From contig NC_092671.1 of NCBI RefSeq assembly GCF_964355755.1, forward strand, positions 15,066,001 to 15,130,000: 64,000 bases of DNA, written 5' to 3'. The number at the start of each line of letters is the position of its first letter. Position 1 is the stretch's first letter. The notes under the pieces are model-generated. The model worked only from the letters and a program-made list of their open reading frames with translations. It searched no databases and was not told the origin of the DNA. A program made the position numbers and the translations under genes. This DNA is from Antedon mediterranea. Lineage: Eukaryota; Animalia; Echinodermata. This document shows positions 49,701 to 61,700 of the stretch, one piece after another.

Positions 49701-52700
49701 TGGACGTTCGCTATATTATGTTTATTAGTTGGCCTGTTCGTTGACGTTCACCTGTGTTGGATTGTGTCTGTACGTTTACATTGTGGGAAATTTATATTTA
49801 TATTCGCCGTTGAGTAGGTAAACACGCACGAAGGAAACGATTACGATTAAAAAATATTAATTATTTTTAGTAATTTACAACTTGGTCCTCCGCCAATTAA
49901 ATTTAACACCTTCTTCAGGCCCATAGCCAGGGGGGGTTTTTATGGTTCGGGTGAACCCCCCCTTAACAGCGAACCCCCCTTAACCAACTGCGAACCCCCA
50001 TCCCCGACATGCCCAATACCTCACCCTCATCTCCGAAAATCCTCCAAATACGTGCCCCACAGTACAAAAAGTTGTTCGTAAATTGAAAAATTTGTAAACT
50101 CGTTCGGAATAACTCATACAGTACCTTCTTCCCTGTATGAGCGTACTTCGAGCGATACGTGTCTGTAAATTTCTAAGAGTTGCAAATGAATTGCCGATTT
50201 TAACTGAAAAATAAATGTTTGGTCCCTGCATGTAACAGGATATTGACGCGTCTCACAGCGAGCTGGGGCACGAACGATTCGTACAAAGGACACCGCCAGA
50301 CAACTGCGTACCAATTGTTTAGATCACTAGCAGTCAGGCAGCATGCATAAAGTATATAGCCTTCTGACATACATCAGTATTTGTGTGTGGCTATGAAGTA
50401 TAATGTATCATAGAGGATTATAGTGAATATTAATATTTTACACTATAATATCTATGGTATCATGTACTGTAGTTCACAGTATGGCATCCGATTATTTTTT
50501 CTAGACCACCAGCCGATACGTACTCAAATGTATCAATATCACCTATTTACATTGGCATATTTAATTTTCTCAACAAATTATAAATATTATAGATAGAGCT
50601 ATAATAAGAATTGCATTTGCCTTCACCCAGTGTGTTTTTTTCGGGGCTTCTCCTAGACGTACGTTCGCATTGAACTTGAACGCAAAACAAAATACCGAGT
50701 AAATGATCAAACAATCGGCAGTTCCACACAGAGCATGCGCATCTAACATACGGCAACAAATGTTATCGTCCTTTAAATAGTCCACAAGTCTAAGTACGAT
50801 CGTTTTGCTCATTGGTAGCATGCTGCATGAGAGTGTCTTTTCCGGCCATCTAGGGGTGTCATTTAACAAAATTCGCTTTGCCTCAGGCCCCACCCCAGGG
50901 GGGGGGGGGTGACCCAAATAGTGACCAAACCCCCCTTGACAGATCCTGGCTACGGCCCTGTTCTTACTTCACTAAGAACATCGCAGGGTTGTTTATATAG
51001 GTTACGAACTCCCTACGAAGTTCAGAACGTAGCTCATTGAAAGTTGTTTATTGCGGTTACGAAGCCAAACAATGGAACCTACGAAGCCAACAACGTAGCC
51101 TACGTTCTATCTACGAAGCTACTTCGTAGGTAAAGTTGCAGTACTTTCTTTCTGTACTGTAGGTTAATTATGATAAAAAAAAAGAAAAACAATGCACTTC
51201 CTATTAGTAGATCGTGTCGAAAGTTCTCTCGTAGACGTTTCTAGCTTAGTTAGATTTAGTTTTGTAGGTCTAGCTGGTAAAGAGCGGTAACTAACGTACG
51301 AACATCATAAGCTAGCTATAGGTCTAGCCTGACGGTGTCGCGTTGCTGAATTAATTGTCTTTCTTGTCTTAATTGTGAAAATTTATGGTTCTTTTATTTG
51401 TTTACCCTTTCACGCAATCGATCGAAGTGGTTGCATCACATCAAAATATGAAAATATCAATCCGCACGCGATGCATGTAGTGTTAGTGTCGCATGTCAAA
51501 ATGGTGGAACATGTCGGATTTAGATTATACCATGAAACTAAGGGCTACTACTATCTGTACAACTGATTCAATATTAATTTAGTTTATTTTTTTTTATTTA
51601 TTTCAGTTGGTAACCCATGCTCAGATGGCACATGCCAAAATGGAGGAACATGTGTATCAGATAGTTCAGTTAGTTCTGGATACAGATGTAATTGCTTAAG
51701 TTGTTACTCAGGAGACACCTGTCAAGCATGTAAGACTATGATTATAAATAGAAAAAATACATTTTAATGGAAAGAAAAAATGTATAATGTTTTTTATTGT
51801 TTTTTATGTTTTTATTTATTTTTTTTAATGTTTTTTATTTTTTATTTATTTATTTTTTTTGTTTTTTATTTTTTTAATGCTACTTGAGCACTCTTGAGGG
51901 GTATGTGCGCTATAAAAATCCTGTTATTATATTATATATTATATATAATATAATAGTATATGTTCTGTGAACCCACCCTTTAAATTAGAATCAAAATAAT
52001 ATGCATTTAATATGTAATGCAACTTTCTTATTATCATAGTTATTATTATTTATTCTTTATACTGGGTGGACTCTTCAGTCAGAGGGCCCAGTTATTATGA
52101 GTTGTTGTGTGTGACAGTGTACTGGTACACCAGGGTAACTCCCTACTCGTATCGAAAGATGTACTAGGTTCGTTAAAGTGTACACGAGCTACATGTGTAC
52201 ACTTGACCTATGTAATGGTTTATAGTCCTTATCCGAGATGATTCATTCTACCATCAGAACCATCGAGCTAGTGAGCCTTGCTGGTGTTATGGCTACGTAT
52301 TATGATTCCACTGTCTTAACTCACTCATTGACATAAGCAATAGGCAGACAACATATTTTTTGTAAATGCCTGTTAATGAACTATATTTATTTCAACAATG
52401 GTAATGCTATAATTAATTTTAATCTTGAAACCCATAAAATTTAGAATTCAGTGTGATTTAAAAAATCGTTCATGGTGTTGATCAATTGTAATAATTTATT
52501 ACCTTACTTTTTTTTCCAGACACAACGCCGTGTGCTCTCATATTATGTCCAGCTAACTCCAATTGTGTAGTAAACCCTAACTCTCCTTGTGAAGCAACTT
52601 GTGTACCAATATTACAGTGCCCACCATGTAAATATGGACCAGGTTGTTATAGTGGTGAGCAATTTCATTTTCTCTGTTGTAAAACCAGAATTCTGCACAT

Positions 52701-55700
52701 TTTTTCTAGGGATACTCAAATCATTTTTTTCATTTATTGTGATTATATATTATCAATATTTCTTTCTTTAGTTGAAAACCCATGCATTGGTGTAACCTGT
52801 CAATTTGGAGGAACGTGTGTGACCGATACTAGCAATAATCAATGTGCCTACAAATGTATATGTCGTCCTGGTTACTCGGGACAAAACTGTGAACAAAGTA
52901 AGTTCATTGATATAATGTAAATTTTTTTTCATTTTAACAATAGTCTTCACAGTAAAACTGAATTAAGAGGTTTTTACATGATAAAATGGTTTTAAAAATA
53001 ACATCTATAAAATACTAAGAAACTGACAGTAAAAAAGTGGACAAAGCCCAATTCACATAAAAAAAACCACACATAATCAAATCAAAGGCCGATCTGTTAT
53101 ACAAAGTGAATGGATTTAAATCTTAATAAAGAATATACAATGCATATTTTTATTATATCTTAAATCGTTAAAACTAGTAAAAAAAGTTGGAACAAAATTG
53201 TTTTTGGTTCCACTGTTGTATTTAAACCAGTAAAAATGAATGGAGATGGTTTTTTCATGATAGAATTGTTTAAAAAACAACAACTATAAGATACTTAAAA
53301 ACTGACAATAAAAAGGGGACAAAGCCATTCACATAAAAAAAAGTTCACATTCACAAAAAACCCACACAGAATTAAATTATAAGACCAATCTGTTATACAA
53401 GTGAATGGGCTTAAATCGTTAAAACTAATAAAAAAAAGTTGGAACAAAATTTGTTTTGGTTCCACTATGATTCGATGATGATTCTACTAAAAGTTGATGT
53501 GTATGACTGTTTTGTTATCTGACTATGTGTCTGCCTAACTTCTTGTTGGTTTCAATAAATGCTATTGGTCCAGTCTTTAGTTTGAATCTCAGTGTCATGA
53601 TCTGTTTTAAACATACATACGGTACTACACAGTATTAATGTTATATTTCTTCTACCATGTTTCTCCACCAATTCTGTTTTCTTTTAAGGTAATCCATGTG
53701 ACGACAACTATTGTCAAAATGGAGGAACATGTACGATACAATTTGGTGGATCTCAAGTATGTTCGTGCCTTGGATGTTTTGTTGGTCAGAATTGTGAAAC
53801 ATGTGAGTTTAGTATTTAGTATGTATGTATTTTGGATCCGGTAAATTATAATACCATGTCCTGCAATATAGCTTAATAGGCTAAATATTTCAGCAAGATT
53901 AAAATGTATGGAGATGAAGTTGCCAATGTTTCAGAATCATCTCTCTTGTTACATTATAAAACTTAGCAATGGTTTTATTTTTATCCTGTAATTGTCCAGT
54001 CCAGCCTGTCTCATGTGCACCAGTTACATATTATTATTCATTACAGGAACTTGCTCTATTTCAATTGTGTTGTTATTTAATATATTTCAGATCTGAATCC
54101 ATGTATTAACCTTAACTGTGTATATGGCTACCAATGTGTGGTTGATTCAAATGATCAGTGTCAAGCTGACTGTCTTCATTGTCCACCGTGCTATTCAGGA
54201 TACACATGCAACACATGTAACTAAATGGATGATTCCAAACATTTTTTAATATGGCACTTTTTTGTTGATAGGATGAAATTTGAGGTTATGAAGTAGTAGG
54301 CCTAGTGCCTCAGCCCTACCATGCTAGTTGATTTCAAATTGTTAAGAAATGGCATGGCCATATTCTAAGATTTTCACTGACTATTTATTTATTTATTTAC
54401 CAGATTTCTATAGCGCCCTTTTCATGAAAACTCATGCTCAAAGGCGCTTCACATCATAAAGACAAAAGTAACCTCAAATTATTCGAAATAAGATTTCTTA
54501 AACTAAGTTATAAATATTCTTACTGTACATTAATTAAAATCGCATAAAATCACTATAAAATTAGTAAAGAAACTTTTTTGGGTTCCCCATTCTTTCAATG
54601 ATCCCCTACTTCCGTACACCCGTCCCCAATAATTTATGCTTTGATGTTCATTGTATGGTGATTATTTTTCTATACTTTATGGTAGTTAACTTCAAAGAAA
54701 ACTGTACAATATCTATGCATGTATAATTGTCTTTGCATTTGTTTCTAATAGATTCTGACCCATGCTCTGGAGTTACATGTTATAATGGAGGTACTTGTAA
54801 TGCTAATATTGGCGGCAATCAATGCTCTTATGTATGTTACTGTAGACCTGGTTACTCTGGAATACATTGCGAGCAGGGTAATTCTTTTTTCGTATTTGCC
54901 ACAGTCTGGAAAAAGTAAAATAATGCATACCTGACATCTGATTTCATATATATTTTTAATATAATAATATTTTTTTTTTGTGTGACCATTGTCCCTAATG
55001 AGCACCTATTAGTTTATTTTGAGACAATTGTTTTCGGATTCAAATAATTTTGACATAAATTTACATTTTGATATCTATAAAGGTACTAATCAATGTGATG
55101 ATTCAACTTGTGAGAATGGTGGAACTTGTATTCAGCAACTTAGTGGGTTTTTATGTTTATGTAAGGACTGTTTCAGTGGCCTAAACTGCGAAGTTTGTAA
55201 GTTGTATTTTAATTTTAAATTTACTTTGACTTTGGTTTTGGAAGGAACAACCAGTCAAATGGACTTGCAAAGCAATTTTTAACAATTCTAGGATCATATA
55301 GTCTGAACTAAGTACATACTGTATATCAAAATATGTAAACCAAAGTCCTATTGGGTGGGCTTATATTAATGGATATGTCATTTCCATTGTATTTTTTTTG
55401 GATCTACTTAATGTTTTCTTTTGCAGTTACTGATCCATGTTCCTCAAACCCCTGTTTGAATGATGCAACATGTAATAGTTACAAGACTCCCTCTGGTGTG
55501 TGTGGCTTCACATGTTCTTGTGGCCCATGTAACTTTGGGCCATACTGTCAATACTGTAAGTATACATATTTTTATAGTAGTGCTATTTTAATTATTATTT
55601 TTGTTCATACACATGTAAAACTGAGTAATGTATAATCTTGATCATGCTAATATTATCTCATCTGAGACTTAGGGAACAGAGTATAAACACTATGTACAGT

Positions 55701-58700
55701 ATAGTATTTAGTGTATAGTATATTTTTGTATAGTATTTTTTTGTCTAGTTCTTTGTTATTTTTATATATGTTTGTTGGGTTTATATGAGGGCTGATTGTC
55801 AGCTTATGCTGTTTAGGGTCACCCTCTATAATTAAGGTTAAAATTGGATATTCGGATTGAAAAGAACTTCTACACTACAAATGACATTTTCCCTTAACCA
55901 AACATATCCCAAATTGTATCTTACAACCTGAAACCCTGTGGCTAAAGGGTCTTTCATAACAGTTCTGGTCCGGCGAATCAAATGTCAATGTTTTAATTTT
56001 CATGACGCTCTACACGACTATGCTCCAATCGATATGCGCATAGCCGCGTGAAAACGAAACATTGACGTTCAATTTGATTTGTCGGACCGGAACCGTGCCA
56101 GAACGGGTGTGAAAGACCCTTTAGGTATCATTTAGCTCAGTACTATAATTTTAACAATTATTTTAACAGCATTTAATGATCCATGTGCTTCAAATCCATG
56201 TGGAATTGCAAACTGTATTCAGGATAATACATTAGGAACATGTGGATTCCGCTGTCAATGTCAGTCTTGTTTTAATGGACCTCTATGCACAACTTGTAAG
56301 CATGTATTCCTTCTTTTTTTTTTTTTAATCAATATTATAATGTTATTAATTTATTAAAGATGAAAAAATAAAAAATAAACTAATAACCAGACCAGACTAA
56401 TGGTTTATTCATATTGGGTACATTTTTGTTTTCCAGAGAAACAGGAATAATTGTTTATCTTAATCAATGCTATTCTTTGCTCTCATATAATTATAAGTAG
56501 AGAAAAAAAACTACTTTGTAATTTTTATAGGTCCTGCATAACCGTTGAGCTTATTTTAGGGTTCAATTTGTTTATGCTTATTATTTCATAAATAAAAAAT
56601 ATTTAAATTAGTTTTTGATGTATATTTGTTTTTACAATTTAGTTGATAATTCGTGTGACCCTTCTCCTTGTGTGAATGGAGGGACCTGTACTATAACATT
56701 TCCAACAGAAGTTTCTGTTAATTGCGACTATGAATGTACCTGTCCAGTCGGCTATTCTGGAACTAATTGTGAACAGGGTAAGATTAAGCTTAATGTCCAC
56801 TATATGCAATTTAATGTGTGGAGCATCTTTAATTTCCTAGTTTATCATGTTAATTCAGTGTGAAAAGGCATCAAGTTCAAACATTGTACATTGTGGCATG
56901 CTTCCTCAATAGCTTTGGCGAATTCTAGGTTCAGACAAGAACCATTGACAAAATAGGTCCTAGGTTTATGAAAACTCTTAATTGCTCCACATAGAATTCA
57001 ACATAATATAAATCATGATATATATACTTTTACTACCATCATGAAAGTATTCTAAAGCCCTTAAATATAAAAAAAAGTTGCAATGCAATGAACGTCTTGT
57101 GTGTTTCTTATTAATTTCCTTTAGATGATAGTGGATGTGACATAGACCCTTGTCAGAATGGTGGTACATGTTCAACTGGAATCAATGGAGGATATGTATG
57201 CACATGTACCCCTTGTTACACTGGTACAAACTGTCAAACATGTAAGTAAAACCTATTTGCAATGGTTGTTTTTTGTGTGTGTTTGTGCGCAGAGCATTTA
57301 ATTGGTTAGTGTCAGATCTAGAAACATGAATTATGCGCAAGTATGACAAATAGAAATAGGCCTACTGTGTGTCAATCATCCAGTGTTAGTTGAAATATGT
57401 TTTAAATGTTCAAAACTTTATTATACTATTATATTTAGAACCAATTAAGTAGCTATTCCATTAATGGTTTCTTTTCTTCTAGTTGATGATCCATGTTCTT
57501 CAAGTTCTTGTAGTGGCAATGGAGCCTGTACTTCTTTTGAATCTGTTGATATATGCTTAATACAGTGCACATGTGACCCTTGTTACTCAGGCAGTGTTTG
57601 TGAAACATGTATGTCTAAAAACAACACATCTTTTTATAGTGTATATTATATACAGATATTGCCTGCTCAGAGGTGTAATTTCTTAAGGGATTCCTAAGGA
57701 GGATCTCAAATATTAGTTACACCAATGTAAATTGCAATATCTGTTATTAAAATGTAAGTTGCTATAGGCCGTAGCCCTAAAGCTTTGGCTAGCCTATGTT
57801 GGCCTTAGCCAACGTAGAAAATCATCTAATATCTCGGCAAAGAATTAGTATAAATAATTACTATTTGATTTGATACATTGACCTTACCATATTCATTACA
57901 TTAACGGATGAATTTGTACATTGAGAATCGTTTTCATGAATTCTGTCTAATCCATCATTGAAAGTATTTCTGTAGATACTGTGAGGATACTGTGAGTTTG
58001 CCCAATCACAACTGGTATTCGTTTACATAGGCTATGTTTATACACATATATATATATATAAATGTTCGGTTCAATGTAACCGTCTAAAAAGTGCTCAATA
58101 CGGTAAAGTAGAGCTAAAATATACGTTAAGTCTGGAAAAGAAGTAAGAACTACAGTTTGGTCTCTACAGGCTTGTTTCGTGAGTCGTGAAACTCACTCAT
58201 CAGGAGACTATAACTCCTGATGAGTGAGTTTCACGACTCACGAAACAAGCCTGTAGAGACCAAACTGTAGTTTTTACTTCTTTTCCAGACTTAACGTATA
58301 TATATTGTTTGGGCGACTTTTTCTCATTCTCACAGATTTCCTCATCTTTATCGTTTCAAATTAATTAATTAAATTTCAGTATATCACCGGGCGGTTTAGA
58401 ATTAATGTTATTTGCTTATATATATATATACTATTATATAACTATAACATTAAGGAATCTGAATTATATAACAATTTGATAGATTAATGTTTTTCTTCAT
58501 TTTTTAGACAATGATCCTTGTACTGCAAATTCTTGTGGTGACCACGGAACCTGTTCTGCCATCCAAAGTACTGATTCATGCTTAATAGATTGCACATGTG
58601 ATGCTTGCTACTCGGGCAGTGTTTGTGAAACATGTATGTATACTCAATAGCATTTGTAAACTAAATGTAAAACTACTAACCTTTGTTTCTCTACCGTTTT

Positions 58701-61700
58701 CATATTTTATATATTATTCGGTGCAAAACAGATTAGTACTGGTTTAATGATAATAAATTTAATACACCAAGAAAGTAAAAAACCTGTTGGAAGACCAAAG
58801 AAAATATGGATAAAAATGTGATACAGAATGACTTGAAAACAGTATTAAATTACACTGCCCCACAAAAGGCGCACCCGGCCCACATAAGACACACCCGGCC
58901 CCCACGTCCAGAATAAACGCACAAAGTAGTAGGCTGCGCTATGTCTAACGATGATAAGGCGTGTTAATATATATATATAATAAATTTACATAGGCCTGAA
59001 TATTTTTATATATATTTATTTATACCTAGTTTCTTGTTTTCTTAAATTTTCCTCCTTGGAAACAGGTCTGTTGAGGAATTTTATGGATTATCCTTGGCAT
59101 CTTTTGTTCAGTTTGTGTTTTTGTTCTTTTCTGATTTTTCAGAATTGTAAAATTTTCTGTTGTTTCTCAACATTTTATACACCTTCAATTGTCATGTTCT
59201 GTAATTTTATACGTTTTTGATGCCGAAATCAATCAATTATTGCAAAACTTCTTTTCCAGACACTAGTCCATGTTCATCAAACCCTTGTGCTACTGGTGTG
59301 TGTGTTCCCATTCCAGCACAATGTACTTACATTTGTCTACCGTGTCCTTTGTGCTTATCTGGACCAACATGTAATATTTGTAAGTTATCAAATTTTATTA
59401 TTTTTTTACTTTGTTTTATTATTTCTCAAAAAGATTTAAATTAATTAAAAATAATATGTCAGGATTGTCAGATTGGAAAATTGTATTCTGGGAGATTTTG
59501 GTGGTTGTCCTGTAGAAAACTAGAGATTTATTAAGCAAAATAATTCTTAACCACTAAGAGTAATGGTGATGTGGCATTGTACCATATTGAGGATCAGCAG
59601 ATAGTTACATTACCAAGTTTTGAAAATGTAAATGTGAAATGTTATTATGCAATTGTCATTACATTACACATAAGTATATTTTATTCACAGATAATAATCC
59701 ATGTGAAGAAAATCCATGTCAAGTTGGCCAATGTGTTCCAGATTTATCAAGTGGAGTTTGTGGTTATAAATGTGTTTGTGGTGATCCTTGTTTCAGTGGA
59801 GATAATTGCAATATAGGTGAGGTTACAGTTCAGCTATTAATTACTCCTTTGTTCCCACACGTAACCCTTTGTAACCTACGCTTGGGGCATTGTTTTATGA
59901 TGAGGTGATGAGAGGTTTATGTCTAAGATTTTTTTTCATTAGTATTTGTTGGAGGTCTTTGTGATTGGAGGAGTGATTTACAAATTTCACATCTGGAGTT
60001 ATAATGTTTTTTTATATTAAGAGAATCATCTGACTGCTTCTTTCTGAATTCCCTCAAGTTTGTCAACATGCAGCAGCACCAAGACGGATCGTGGATTTTT
60101 CAAACTGGAGAGCTACAGTATATACATATAACTTAAATAGTCTGTCAAAAATCAAAAAAGTAATTTAATTTTAGCTGGGAAGATGGTGTGTTACTCAAGC
60201 GCAATTCCCCTGGATCTAACCCTTTTATTATTAAATAGGGAAGGATATTCAATTATCTGTATACTAAAGTGATTTGATATTCCAACTGGTGGTAGGAATA
60301 TTTAAAACAATTAAATCAATATTTCTTCTTTTTTTGTTTTAGAGTTGAACCCTTGTGAAAACAATCCATGCGAAAATTCAGGAGTCTGCATTAAGGATAT
60401 TTCTAATAATGAATGTGGCTATGTATGTGTTTGTACAAATCCATGCACATCAGGAGATTTATGTGAAGATGGTTAGTTACAACAAGTTGTATACAATGTA
60501 ATGAATAGTCTGTGCATAAAGATTGATTCAAGAGTGTCCACTAGGATGCAACACACCAACTTAAATGCAATGCACTTGATTTGATCAACCCAGATAGTCA
60601 ATCTCCATTAAGTAGCTATTCCAGTAATTTGTTTATTTTTTAGATAATGATCCCTGCACTTCAAATCCTTGTGGCGCCAATGGAGACTGCAATTCTGACA
60701 CAGCCAATGGTCAATGCTCATTTACTTGTGCATGTGATGCTTGTTACTCTGGTGCTGCTTGTCAGACATGTAAGTTTACTGACTTAACGGTCCTTCAATT
60801 CCATTTGAAAACAGTCTGACATCAAAGCCAAATAGATCAACAGACAATAGTTATGCTTCAGATAAACTACTTCCAATAACCAGACAGTCAATCTCAATTA
60901 AGTAGCTATTCCAGTATTTTTTTTGTTTTTCAGATAATGATCCCTGCACTTCAAATCCTTGTGGCGCCAATGGAGACTGCAATTCTGATCAATGCTCATT
61001 TACTTGTGCATGTGATCCTTGTTACTCTGGTGCTGCTTGTCAGACATGTAAGTTTACTGACTTTACGGTCCTTCAATTCCATTTGAAAACTGTCTTGACA
61101 TCAAAGCCAAATAGATCAACAGACAATAGTTATGCTTCAGATAAATTACTGCCAATAACCAGATAGTCAATCTCAATTAAGTAGCTATTCCAGTAATTTG
61201 TTTATTTTTTAGATAATGATCCCTGCACTTCAAATCCTTGTGGCACCAATGGAGACTGCAATTCTGATCAATGCTCATTTACTTGTGGATGTGATCCTTG
61301 TTACTCTGGTGCTGCTTGTCAGACATGTAAGTTTACTGACTTAACGGTCTTTCAATTCCATTTGAAAACAGTTTGACATCAATGCCAAATAGGTCAACAG
61401 ACAATAGTTACACTTCAGATAACTTACTGCCAATAACCAGATAGTCAATCTCAATTAAGTAGCTATTCCAATATTTTGTTTGTTTTTCAGATAATGATCC
61501 CTGCACTTCAAATCCTTGTGGCACCAATGGAGACTGCAATTCTGATCAATGCTCATTTACTTGTGCATGTGATCCTTGTTACTCTGGTGCTGCTTGTCAG
61601 ACATGTAAGTTTACTGACTTAACGGTCCTTCAATTCCATTTGAAAACCGTTTAACATCAAAGGCAAATAGGTCAACAGACAATAGTTTCGCTTCAGATAA

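Larger units (their letters stand above)
46363..51159. mobile_element. 4.8-kb TIR DNA transposon (TA target, CAGT ends; Tc1/mariner-like), non-autonomous, with nested elements
   Basis: Perfect 22-bp TIR CAGTACAGAAAGAAAGTACTGC at both ends, TA flanks, internal 20-bp TCGTAGCCTACGATGTATTG repeats at ~47300-47440. Confidence 0.8.
58050..58430. mobile_element. Penelope-like retroelement pLTR remnants in inverted arrangement
   Basis: Near-perfect palindrome 58119-58301 between (TA)n tracts; each arm carries a hammerhead core. Confidence 0.65.
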
